Origin: Cenococcum geophilum
Taxonomy: Eukaryota
DNA: 64,000 nucleotides
Assembly (NCBI GenBank): GCA_050273025.1
Contig: CP158635.1
Coordinates: 12,152,001-12,216,000 of the forward strand
Direction: 5' to 3'
How positions within the stretch are numbered: the stretch's first letter is position 1; each line of letters opens with the position of its first letter. Shown here piece by piece: positions 13,020 through 24,497 of this stretch. The position numbers were made by a program, and so were the translations under genes. The notes under the pieces are model-generated. The model was not told where the DNA came from, searched no databases, and saw only the letters and a program-made list of their open reading frames with translations.

Positions 13020-16000
13020 ATTTGTAGTTTATTCTATCCTTTTGCTCTCTAATATTTATCTACTAAAATCCTAGTAAGAGTTACCTCCTTCTAAGGATCC
13101 TACTGCTATTAGCTACTTTCTAGTAGCTATTTCTGTCCTATTTAGAAATAAAAAGAGCGCCTCTCTTCCTTTCTTTATATAAAATAGTTTCTTTAAAGAG
13201 AGAGAAGATCCTAGTTGCCTTTATATCTCCTTTCTCTCTCTATATAGGTCGCAGTCTAGTAGTAAATATTCTCTAAAGCATCTACCTTCTTTATCTTTTC
13301 CTATTGTCTTTAAGAAGGACTTAAAGTAGCCTTTTTCTAGCTTTAGCTAAAAGAAGGCCGACTGTAGCTTTTTAAGATATCTATCCTTAGGGGCTTTAAG
13401 AGAAAAGGAATAGTTTCCTTTACAGATCCTAGTATAGTGTTTTCCTTTATTTTTGTTTAGTTACTAATGATTTTTCCACTATTCTAGTATCTTTTATCTT
13501 GCTACTCTCCCTATATAGGCTAAGGAGGTATAAGAAGACTATATTTTTTTTTCTAGAAAGGCCCTTTTTAACTAGTTTATCTGCTATCTCATTTCTATAG
13601 ATTTTTAGGTGGCTAGGAACCTAATAAAATTTAATAGAGATACCCCTACTAGCTAGGTAGGAGCAACTTTGCGTAATTTTAAAGACTAGTTCTTGTCCAC
13701 CTATAAGAGAATTTAGCTATAATCTTTTAATAGCCACCTAGCTATCTATAAAGATATAAACCTACTTCTCTTCTAGTCTTTACTGCTTTAGGTATTCTAG
13801 GGCCCTATAGACTGCATAGAGTTCTGCGTCTATAATTTCCATATAGGGTCCTAAATTCTAGTTTATTGCATATTTAATCCTATTTCTCTCTCCTATTTTA
13901 TATACGGCTGCAGCACTTAATTTGCTATCTTTTAAGCCATCTGTATAGTATATATCTACTAGGTCCCACTCTAGGGATTCTTATAAATCTTCTACTAGTC
14001 TTAGATATTCTTGTGCGGCTTCTTCCTTACTACTTTTAGAGATAGAAAAGGATGCAGAAATAGGGGGAAGCCACGGTTTTTGCTACTCTAAAGATGTTTT
14101 CTCTATTTTCTAATTTTGAATTAATTGCTAGACTCTAGAAGTTAGAGATAGTAGCTATGTTTTTAGCTGTAGAAGGTACCTTATAGTAGAGTTTTTAGAG
14201 CTAGAACTAGAGCTAGAACTAGCTACTAATTCGTCTCTATCTTTATTAGCCTCTCCTATATAAGCCTTCTTAATTGCATGGTTTTCCTTAAATTTTAGGA
14301 TTTTTAGTGTATCCCTTGCAACGGTAGCGTTCTACGAGAATTGGACCGTGCGCGGAACACTAAAAACCAGAACTAAAAGTACGCGTATTTTCCATCACGG
14401 AGCCTTAATACTACAGATCCTATTAGACGGCTCTTATCGATAACCGTAGGACACATTTTACTGTTGCAAGGGATAGCTATTGCAAAGCTTTTTAAATCTA
14501 ATTCTAGGAGGGGGAATAGAAGTCTCAATTTCTATAGCTTGGATAGGGGATCCTCTGAATGCTTCTAGAACTAGTTTTAGGGCCTTGTTTTATAGAGATT
14601 GGTACCTAGCTAGTAGGTAGTCTCTAGATTTACTTTTCTACCAGCATTATATTCCGTAGTCTGCTATAGTAATAACGTAGGCTATATAGAGCTGTCGTAG
14701 GGCTTGTAAATATAGGCCTCTTTGCGTATTGCCTAGTCTTCTAATTAAATAGAAGGCTGCTTTTGCTTTAGAGATCCTTATTTCTACGTGTTGTTTAAAG
14801 GTAAGCTTTAAGTCTAGAAATACCCCTAGCCACCTAACCAGGGTTTTAGGGGGTATTTCTACGTCTCCTAGCTTTAGCCCTTCTTCTATAGTGGTACGTT
14901 TACTATAGAAGTGTATAAGCTCTGTTTTGCTAATATTAAAACTAATAGCAGCCTCTTTAGCTTTAGACATTAGCTGTAACGCTATTCCCTCTAGCTTTTT
15001 ACAGTTAGATTTAGCTGAATTTGAAGTAACTGTAATTGCGAAGTCGTCCATATAGCTAAGGGAATAGGCTCCATTTATCTTTAGGCTGTAGATATTGCGT
15101 ATATATAATAGAAACAGAATAGGAGATATAGGCGAACCCTGTGGTATCCCTGTTTCTATTCCTACTTTTTCTTATATTTGCCCGTTAAAGGAAAGCTGTA
15201 GCTTTCTATTGCTAAGGAAGGTAGCTACCCATTATATAAACGCTATAGGTAGTTTTAGTTCCTTATAGATAGATAGAAGCTAATTTACAGAAATATAATC
15301 AAAAGCCCCTTTTATATCTAGGAATAATGTAGTAGCTATCCTTTATCTAGCCTTTTTCCTATTCTTTTTTAATTGGATATTATTTAGAAGTAGTAAGACT
15401 GCGTTAATTGCGGATCGCTGTCTTCTTCCTCCTAGTTAAGAGTCTTAAAGTAAGCTAGTAGTACTAGCTAGATATCCTAATCTTGTAGTAAAGATCTTCT
15501 CTAGAGTCTTTCCTAGGCAGTTTAATAGAGAGATAGGTCTATAGGACTTTAGTAGAGAATAGTCCTCCTTATTTGCTTTAGATAGAATAACTCCCTTAAC
15601 TTCTCTCTAGGCTTTTAGTTAATAGCCTAGGGTAAATAGGATCCTGTAGATTCTATATAGAAGATCTTCTATAATAGGGTAGGCCTTTTATAAAATTATA
15701 AAGGATAGCTTATCTAAGCCTAGAGCTTTTTTATTAGAGCTAGAGAAGATTACTTATTTAACTTTTATTTTCTCTAGTTCTAGCCATTCCTATTTACTAT
15801 CTATGGTATAGTTATTCCACTCTATAGGGCTAGTAGAAGGGTGTTTAGGAAATAGAGTAGTTATAAAAGCTTTGCATTAGTTGTTAAAGCTTTCTACTAA
15901 TCTAGTTCTCCTATCCTTGCTATACTATAGACTAGGGACTATTTATAATGTTTTCTCCTTTATATATTTTAGGGTAGTAAAGATCTTCTTTCCTTATGCT

Positions 16001-17260
16001 TTTTCTAGGAAGCTATTCTAGTAGCTAGTTTTAGCTTCTCTTATTATATAGAAGTATTGATTTTTAGCTTCTTTATAGGCTTCTAGTCTAGAACTTCTAG
16101 TAGGTTGCTCTTCTTAGAGTCTTCCTAATTTTGCTATTTTTTTTCTTTTCTATAGAAGATCTTTATTCCACTATGGTTTAGAGAATTTGCAGGTTCTAGA
16201 TCTAGAGATAGCTTTCTCTACTACTAGCTTTATATAATCAGTAAGATCTCCTACTAGGTTATCTACTAGTATACTTAAGCTTTTATCCTTAGGTCTATAG
16301 AAATCCTCTAGGGAGGCTAGGGGGCCTTTTTCTCCTATCTCTATATATGGGTTTTCTCCTACTAGTTCTTTTAGTACTAAAACCTTTGCTTCTAGTTCTA
16401 GTTCCTAAGCTAGTTCTATTAAAGAAGTAGAAAAGAGCTCCTAGTTTGCCTTTTTTATAGAGAACAGAGTTTCTTAAAGGGGGTTTAGGTATCTTTACGT
16501 CTCTCTAGTAAATTGGGAGAAGGCTATAGTTTTATAGTTAGATCCTATTTCTTCTATTATAGTCTAATTATCTTAGGTATTTTCTTAAAAGTTTCCTAAG
16601 GAAAAGGCTAGGTCTATAATAGACTTTTCCCTTATATTAGATCTATAGAAGGTCCCTTTTTGTTTATCTAAATTTAGTAGTTAGTAGTTATATTTACTTA
16701 GCCAGTCTACTAGTTCTTTAGCCTCCCTGGTTAGATTTCTAGCTAGTGTGTTCCACTATATATAGTGTAGGTTATAGTCTCCTATTAGTATAAAGGGGGG
16801 ATCTAGTTCTAGTTCTAGAATAGTCCTAGAGATAGTAGTTCTACTATTTCTTTAGGTTCTAAAGTTCTCGTCTAGCTGTCTCTTATTATAGATATTAAAT
16901 AATAAAAACCTTTTAAACCGGCCGTGGATTTCTAATGCTATAATATCTATATCTTTATAGATATCCTCCCTATTTCTATATTATAGGAAGCCAGTTTTCC
17001 TTATATAGATAGCTACTCTAGGGCGAATAGTTAAGTTACTAGGAAGGATAAGGTTGAAAGTAGGATATGGAATAGAGAAGTAGGATCCTTTTTATCTATC
17101 TTTCCATGTACTAGGTTCTTGTACTAGGATAAGATTTATTTTTCCCCTAAATCCTATTTCTAGTAGGGTTTGCTATACTTCTTGTCTTTTTCCTATATTA
17201 TATTATATAAAGGAGATTTCTCCTCTAGCTTTAGAAACTAGGGAGATTTCTTCTTCTTCC
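13020..17260 (-). pseudogene. LINE ORF2 remnant (AP endonuclease - RT - RNase H); ends approximate
   Basis: ORF-track fragment 14647-15051 (MDDFAI...VRWLGVFLD...ADYGI) is LINE RT/thumb. Many RIP-generated stops. Confidence 0.88.
14313..14472. mobile_element. MITE, 160 bp, CCC...GGG termini, 14-bp TIR, 2-bp TSD (AT), inserted in LINE ORF2
   Basis: CCCTTGCAACGGTA / TACTGTTGCAAGGG. Removing 162 bp restores the ORF2 frame (KLCNSY|TLKILKF). Confidence 0.85.
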
Positions 17261-17289
17261 TGTAAATAACCTTCTAAACTTATACTTAT

Positions 17290-18800
17290 TAATATACTAG
17301 TTTAGCTGCTTTAAGAGACTCGCAGTCTTTACTATTAGCAAAGTGTTTTTCTTTACGGTTAATATAAAGAGGGGTAGTATGCTTATAAGGTCTTCCTATT
17401 ATATTATAAATGGAATAAGAGTAGTCTTTAGATAAATATACTGCTATACAAAACCAATAGGCCCTAGTAGAGCATCTATCTTCTATATAGCCAAATTTTT
17501 GGCAGCTTATACACTGTGTAGTAGGAAAGACTTCTAGGTATTTAACTACCTTAGTAGCTACCCCTGCAATTAGGATTTCCTTCTACTTAAGGATTTCCTA
17601 TCTTTTCTCCTCGTTTTCTATAGTAAAGACTATAGAGCCGAACCTAGTTTGCGGATTATATCTCTTTTCCCTAGATAAAATCTACCTAGGTAGTCCCTAT
17701 ATCCTAATAGGATTAAAGGTCTCTATTTCTTCTTTTAGAAGTCTAGAGCCTCCTTCTTCTAAAAAGGGGGAGATAGGAACGCTATAAGCTACTACCTAAG
17801 CCTAGGGTTCTAGTTTTTATTCCTTTTTAAAGGAGAAGTAGCTGGACCAGATATCTTTATATTTAACTAGAAAGTCTGCATTATATTCTTCTATAGTTAT
17901 AAGAAAAATATTCTACTTTTCTTTAGTTCTAGCTATAGAAGCTATAACTAGCTTCTCTATTTGAAATTTAGATATAAATAGTTAATTAACTCTATTTCGG
18001 ATAGAGAAGATATCTAAGGGCTGGTCCTTTTGGTCCGTAATAAGGACTAGTTTCCTTTCTTATAGCTACTTCTTTTTTCCTCTAGTAGAGGTAGGGCAAG
18101 TAGGGCTAGTAGGGCCGGTAGTATAACTAGTTACTTTACTAGTAGGTAGAGATAAGGTGGAAGAAGAAGAGGGAGAAGAAGAAGGGGAGGAAGAGAAGGA
18201 GGAAGAAGAAAAGGAGAAAGTAGAAGAAGAAAGGCCCTTCCTTAGCTTTTCTGCGTAGGTTTTTGGGGCTATTTCTTTACGGAGAGCTTATACTTCTTCT
18301 ACTAGTCCTTTTAGGACATCTTTCTCTTGTTTTTCTTTCCCTTCTATAAAGGGATTTCCTCCTACTAGAATACTTCGTGTATAGTCTCCTAGCTATTTAA
18401 CTTGCTTTTTTTTACTTCCTCTTTCTAGCCCTTTATAGGCCTAGGTTAGGCTTTCCAAGGCCTTTTATAGGTACTATTCTAGTAAAAATGGGAAAAAAGA
18501 TACATTAGCCGTAATAGGCTTAAGCTTTGCTATCTTTCTTATTTATTTTTAGCTATCTTTTTTAGGAAAAGACTAAGGGCGGCTTCTTTTCTTTCCGTTC
18601 CTTATTATATAGTTTAGAGATAGTTCGTCTACCTCTTCTATTTTTATATCTTTCCTAAATAGGCAGGGAGAAGATAAAAAGGAAGAGGTAGTTAACTGTT
18701 TGTTATTACTTACCTCTATAAAAGGCTTTTCTTTAGGAGGCCTTTTTGGCTCCTTAGGAGCGTTTAGCATTTTAAATTTAGTTAGCTTAAAGCTTATAGG
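17290..18800 (-). pseudogene. LINE ORF1 remnant (gag-like, zinc knuckles); ends approximate
   Basis: ORF fragment 18573-18770, CCHC motif near 17500, and position upstream of ORF2. Confidence 0.75.
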
Positions 18801-19667
18801 GGGGGTTCCTAGTTTTTTTAGTAGATAATAACCTCCTTAGGTCTCTTATCTCCTCGCATAGAGGTAAAAAACTAGGTAAAAAGCCTTCCTAGTTTTTACT
18901 ATCCTTTTATATCCTTTTTCCTTACTAACCCTACTAGAGAGTTTCTAGGGAAATTAGACCAAAAGGTAGTAGAAAACCTGGGTAAAAAAGACTATAGTAG
19001 TTATTTTCTTCTCTATTAGAAGTAGAAAAAACCACTAAAAAAAGGACTTGTTAGGCTTTTTCTAGCAGAAAAGCCTAAAAACGTAATCCTTCTCTTACTA
19101 AGGAAAATCTGACTAAAAGAGATATAGAAAAATACCTACACTCTCTATTTTATTAGGCTTTTACTTTTTATAGAAGAAAAACCTAGGAAAAGTCTATGTT
19201 TTAATATTTTAGTATTTCTACCCCTGCCTCGCCTATAAGCTAGGGCCACCGCTTAAGAGAATTTTCTCTTAGGTAAAAGGGGGTAAAAAGGCAAATAAAT
19301 CCACCTCTAGCTTGCTAGGCAGTAGGAATTAGGTCTTAAGAGTCTGAAAATCGATTTTTTTTAAATAGGAAGATAGATATACGTAAGTTTTAAAGTGCGG
19401 CGCCACCTTTTGGTAAGGTTGCATATGCGGTAAAAGTTTAGAGCTTTATATAGAGCCTCGTATAGAGCCTTATATAGAGCTTCCGAGTAATAAGATTATA
19501 TAAAATTGCTTTAATTATATACAATAGTTAAATATATTATAAGCTAGCATACTATAGGCTAAGAAAATAGTAAAAATTAATTTATGTAATTAGCATATAA
19601 TTGAAAAAAATAATATATTATATTACCTTAATTACATATTAGAGAATATATAGTTAACTCTAAAAGT

Positions 19668-19820
19668 TATTAAGTTAGTTAACTGCGTATTATTTAACTT
19701 TTAAATCTGTTAATTATATATTAAGTTAGTTAACTACGTGTTATTTAACTTTTAAATCTGTCAATTACGTATTAAGTTGGTCAATTGCGTGTTATTTAAC
19801 TTTTGAATGTGTTAATTACG
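19668..19820. repeat. 51-bp tandem repeat x3, subterminal in the TIR element
   Basis: TTAAGTT(A/G)GT recurs at 19670, 19721 and 19772. Confidence 0.9.
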
Positions 19821-19876
19821 CGAAACGCGCTAAATAAAGTCTACTTAAATCTTAGCCTACGAATATTTTCCCGATA

Positions 19877-20068
19877 GAGTACTAATAGTAGTGGTTTATA
19901 AGATCTTATTATCCTATATAAAAACTTTTACTACTGCTTATAATATTTTAATAACTACTAGGTCTTACCTACGTACTATATAACATCTTTATATTGGCTT
20001 TATTAAATCTAAAGACTAATAGGTTTATAGGCCTTGCTATATATAAGTATAGAGTCCGATGTTAAGGA
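19877..20068. repeat. Unclassified repeat E, copy 1, right part
   Basis: Reverse complement of 35342-35534. Confidence 0.78.
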
Positions 20069-20872
20069 CTACCTACTAATTATAATAGTATATTAATAGG
20101 CTATTAACTAAAAAATACTAGCTTAATATAATTATAAAAAAGAAACTAGTAATAAATATTAATAATATTTCTTACATTTTATATCATTATTAGGCCCTAA
20201 ATAACTCTATATTTTTAAATAGATAATACGTTTTATAACTTTCTTTTCTAATACTTATATATATAGCAACTTAGCTAGGTATATTAGTCTATATTAAAAG
20301 AAATATAAAAGTAATAACTAAATATACTTTTAAAAATTATAATAAGGCTAGAAATATAGAAGCTGGTGAAAGTAATAGTAAAGATAGTAGTAAAGATAAC
20401 GGTAAAGATAATGACAAAAATAATAGCAAAGATAATAATAAAGATAATAGTAAAGATAAAGAATTTTAAAATAAGATAGATTTAGATTTAGATAAACTTA
20501 TTAAGGCTTTATACTATAAATATATTACCCTTATTCTCCTTTAAAAGCCTAAGGCTAATGTCGGTATCACCTGGGGGGGTACTGCAATTGCAATATAAGG
20601 TAACTGGTTCTTGGTTTCATTCGTGTCTCTCCTTCGTCTACTAAAAGAGAAAGAAAGGGGTAGTAAAGGTCGGGCTATCTATCGGGCCGTAGGTGGTCAG
20701 GTGACCTATACTACGCCATGCGGCCCTACCGCATACGCTCTATACGTAATGCAATTTACAACCTCTACTTATATAGACACTGGCGACATTTATAAAAAGA
20801 AAGAAGGTAAGAAAGTACAAAGGAGAAGTATATAGGTCAACAGGTGCTTAGGGCAGTAATCGCGAATGTCTC

Positions 20873-20990
20873 AGGTATTGCGAATATTACGGATATTGCA
20901 GACGTTGCGGATATCGTTACGGATATTGCGGATATCGCTACGGATATTGCGGATATTGCGGATATCGTAAACATTCGGATATTGCGGTGG
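20873..20990. repeat. 9-bp tandem repeat CGGATATTG inside element F
   Basis: Visible array. It produces the low-complexity ORFs 20844-21029 and 20871-21056. Confidence 0.9.
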
Positions 20991-21012
20991 AGATGGGTAG
21001 AAGGGCTGAGTC

Positions 21013-22650
21013 CTATCCGTTGTCGTTAAAATAATAGTTAAGGAAGTCGATATCAACTGTAAGGTTCTCTGTATTAACCTTATTACCGCGCCTTGCTATA
21101 CCAGGTTCCGTACCACCAGGTTCTGTACTACCGGTAAGGCTGTGGACAAAGGCATTGTTGTTCATAGACGTGACTATATTTTTAGCAGTTTTAATTAGTA
21201 TTGGCCCATTTAAAGTCATAAAGTGCTCAACACCATAGTCATTGTAGAAGAAATTGCCGCTAGTGGTAGTCGGAGTTGATGTATTAAGTGCCATAGCCGT
21301 TATGTTCTTGTCAAAATCGTCATTAATATCGTTGTCCGTAAGGTACTGGTGGACACGTCTCTTAAATCCTTCTCTTGCTTCGTTACGTTCTTCTTTAGTG
21401 TGCCTAGTTAACTAATAGTCTCCTTTCTTACACACGAAGCACGTCCTAGCATTATTGCCGTAACGGTTATTTGATGAACTTAGTTAAGACGTCGGTTGGT
21501 AGTAGCAACGGTCCGTAAAGAACACGTCGGTGGGCTGTCCTATAGTACTATTAATCTTCCTATAAGTAACAATTGACGATCGTAGGCTGTTTATAAGGCC
21601 GGTAAGTGTAGTAGGCGGGTTAGAGTAAGCTGCCTGGTAAGCAGCGACGTCTTGGTAAGCGACGATGAGCTTATTATAGAGGAAGTCGTTGTTGCGGAGG
21701 TTGGCGTTAAGACTATGCTGTAAGTGACGGAGGTCGTTAAGTAATAGCTATAGGCAGTCCTCTGTAGACTTACCCTCGCTCTTTATTATTACTGTCTTAA
21801 GAGTTATAGTATTCCACTTTGTTAGAACTCTATGCTTGTATTCTAGTCCTTTAAAGTGGTTGCGTATAGCGTTACAGATGCTGTTAAAGGTGGTGTAGGT
21901 TGCCTTGTTCTTATAGTAGAAGTCAAGAGCAATACCACGTAGCATTGTCGGAAAGCCTTTAATCTTTGCCTCTTGTGGTATATTAACTCTGTTACAAAGG
22001 TCGTTGAAAATCGTGAGCTTACGGTCGAAGTTGTCATCCTCTCCACTGTACTTGCTTTCCTCCGTATATATCTTTACTAAAGTTACTAAGTCTCTGCCAT
22101 AGGTGGTGGCTTTGGCTTCTATAGAAGGAGCTGTAACGTTCGTAGGGGGAGCCGTGACATTTATAGGCGAGGGAGGCTCGGCCGTAGGGAGGTCATTCGA
22201 GACAGCTGGGGTCGGGGTAGGTGCCGTTAAGGGAGTTAATGAACGTGATTTAAGACGGCGGTTGATAACGTACGAATTAAAGGGTCCTTCGTTATTAATA
22301 AATAGCTTAATCTCTTTATCTAACCATTCTATAGGGTTGTCCTCATGGGCGACGTCGTATAGTGCTTGTGGTGCTAACTTGCTTTTCTTATTAGAGACCT
22401 ATACTCCATTGCGTCAAAGTAGTTGTTTAAGTCCCCTAATTTTAGACCTGTTGGCATCCTTAAATGTCTGCACTGTAAAGTTGTTAAAGTCCTCTTGGTA
22501 TGCTTCCCATAGGTTTTTGTCCTTAAAGTTGTGCTTAGTATACTTATTAATTTTAAAGTTAATATAGTTAGTGATATCTTCTGCGGTAGTCTCGTCAGTT
22601 AGGGTGATCCCATTACCCCAGTTCGGACGTTGGGTTCCTGTGTCGGACAT
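21013..22650 (-). pseudogene. gag: GalEa-type gag of element F with a few RIP stops
   Basis: ORF fragments 22414-22650, 21748-21945 (MLRGIALDFYY...) and 21013-21294. Zinc knuckle CFVCKKGD..ST.H at ~21400-21443. Homologous to the gag of C2 (49100-50600). Confidence 0.85.
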
Positions 22651-22823
22651 GACTGGTGTAGATCGTGGTGTTTGTGGCTTGCAAAGGCCGTAGGAAGGAA
22701 GGGGATACGCTGGCGTTTAGGGCGTGCTATTAACGTAGTTTTCGACGTAGCAGATGCTGCTGGGTTATAGGGTGTACTGGCGCTCAGTAAAGAGGTCGTA
22801 CTGGGTATTGATTTACGTGGTGA

Positions 22824-23103
22824 ACGCGAACCGGACAAAGCCTTAGTAGGAGCCAGTTCTTTAAGTTCCCAGGGCCTTGGTAGGAAGGGTTCTCCTTAGT
22901 AAACGCGACGTGATCAACGGGCCTTGGTAGGAGCGATCGCGTATCGTCTCTCAAGTGGTTATTTTGCGTAATGGACGCGAACCGAACGAAGCCTTGGTAG
23001 GAGTCGGTTCTTTGAGTTCCCAGGGCCTATACAGGAAGGGTTCTCCTTAGCAAACGCTACGTGATCGACGGGCCTTAGTAGGAGCGATCGCGTGTCGTCT
23101 CTC
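22824..23103. repeat. ~128-bp direct duplication in the 5' UTR of element F
   Basis: 22824-22952 versus 22975-23103. Confidence 0.88.
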
Positions 23104-24497
23104 TTCGTAATAACACCTGGCTAATCTGTGATATCAACTGATCAGTGTCGGTATCACCCGGGGGGGTACTGCAATTGCAATATAAGGTAACTGGTTCTTG
23201 GTTTCATTCGTGTCTCTCCTTCGTCTACTAAAAGAGAAAGAAAGGGGTAGTAAAGGTCGGGCTATCTATCGGGCCGTAGGTGGTCAGGTGACCTATACTA
23301 CGCCATGCGGCCCTGCCGCATACGCTCTGCGCGTAATGCAATTTACAACCTCTACTTATACAGACAGCTAAATAAGATCTTCTTATTATAGAGATTAATT
23401 TACGGTTTACTAAAAGATATAAATAGAAATAGAAATAGTAAAGCTTATTTAAAAGCTTTTTCTTTAATAAATAATAACCTAGATATAATAAGATATTTTA
23501 TATTTATAAAGTTAATAACCTAATTTTTAATTTAATAATATATATAATTATTTTAAGTATTTTTAATAATACTTAATATTGGTCTTATAAGGTAATATTA
23601 CGTATCTACAAGTTGTAGGTAGTAAAATAGTTAATTATTATATTCTATCTAGAATGAGGAAGGGTAAGGAACCTAAGGTTCCTTACCACGCTAGTGCCGC
23701 GGCGGTACGTGACGGCAGATTGCCTTACGTGACGGCAAATTGCCTTATATAACGGCAATTTGCCTCATTCCTAACACTAGCAACTCTTCTTTTATAGTTA
23801 CTATCTATATATAAATAACGACGGGCTTATATAAACGCTACTATTTAACAATACTAAGCTAAGGGTTAACGCGAAGACGATAAGAGCCGCTAAGGCGCTA
23901 GTAGTAAGCGAACTAATAGCAATTTTCTATGCCGGGCATAGAAAATCCTAATTAGCTACTCTTAAATTACTTTATCTCCTACTTCCTCTTAACCTAACCT
24001 TTAACTTAGATATATAGAGTATTTATATTAATAAAGGTCTCTAGTGCCTTATTTAGGTTTACCTTTATTATTATATCTACTAGGTTATCTTAGTGTTATA
24101 AAATACCCCTATAACACCTTGCATACGTCTACCTGTTTCTACTAACTTAGCAATTAAAGACCAACCGCGAAATAGCAATCTGACGGCAATCTGATGGCAA
24201 TCTAACGGCAATCTATGGCATTTTGCTATATTCTACTAAGTTCCACCAAATTCTGCTAAGTTCTGCTAGGACTATAACCTAAACCCTATTCTGCCTATAT
24301 ACGTATTAACTAAGCAACTAAGTTAACAATATATGCCCTTTCTTCCTATTTTCCTACCTTTTTTCCTTACGTAACGTCTTAACCTCCTTATACAGTTTAT
24401 ATATATAGCTTAATAATATTTACCTTGCTATATATTATCGTCGCTTATACTTACTCCATAATACTACATTACATTAACCACCTATACTACTATTAAC

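Larger units (their letters stand above)
12748..19438 (-). mobile_element. Full-length Tad1-like LINE, RIP-degraded
   Basis: A-rich tail (T-run 12747-12765 on +). ORF2 has APE, RT (QGSPISPILF ~15115-15145; SYMDDF ~15040-15057) and RNase H (YTDG 13936-13947). ORF1 has a CCHC knuckle (CVSCQKFG.IEDRC ~17472-17515). Apparent TSD TAGAGCTTTAT at 12737-12747 and 19439-19449, ambiguous because it lies in a minisatellite. Confidence 0.92.
11453..19876. mobile_element. Non-autonomous TIR DNA transposon (CACTA/CMC-like) with 2-bp TSD, carrying a nested LINE
   Basis: TIRs TATCGGAAAAATATT (11453-11467) and AATATTTTCCCGATA (19862-19876). GA duplicated at 11451-52 and 19877-78. The empty site is seen in repeat E copy 2 (~35530). 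The interior is tandem repeats with no transposase seen. Superfamily assignment is tentative. Confidence 0.75.
20559..23366 (-). mobile_element. Non-autonomous gag-only Copia (GalEa-like) element F, 2.8 kb, lightly RIPed
   Basis: 221-bp LTRs at 20559-20779 and 23146-23366 (TG...CA, about 5 transitions apart). TSD GCTAA at 20554-58 and 23367-71. ACTGATCAGT palindrome abuts the 5' LTR. No protease, IN or RT. Confidence 0.95.

Noticed and set aside
19668..19820. Regular repeats resembling a CRISPR array (also 12104-12170 and 52322-52445)
   Set aside because: Head-to-tail tandem units without unique spacers, no cas genes, eukaryotic context.
20070..20553. AT-rich stretch with an AAAGATAAT repeat (acidic-tail-like), also 23372-23571 and 58260-58815
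   Set aside because: Too degraded to assign to any gene or element.
20611..21056. Small ORFs including IADIAD / NIRNIR repeats
   Set aside because: They derive from the LTR and the 9-bp tandem array of element F.
22103..22567. 154-aa plus-strand ORF
   Set aside because: Antisense shadow of the gag of element F.
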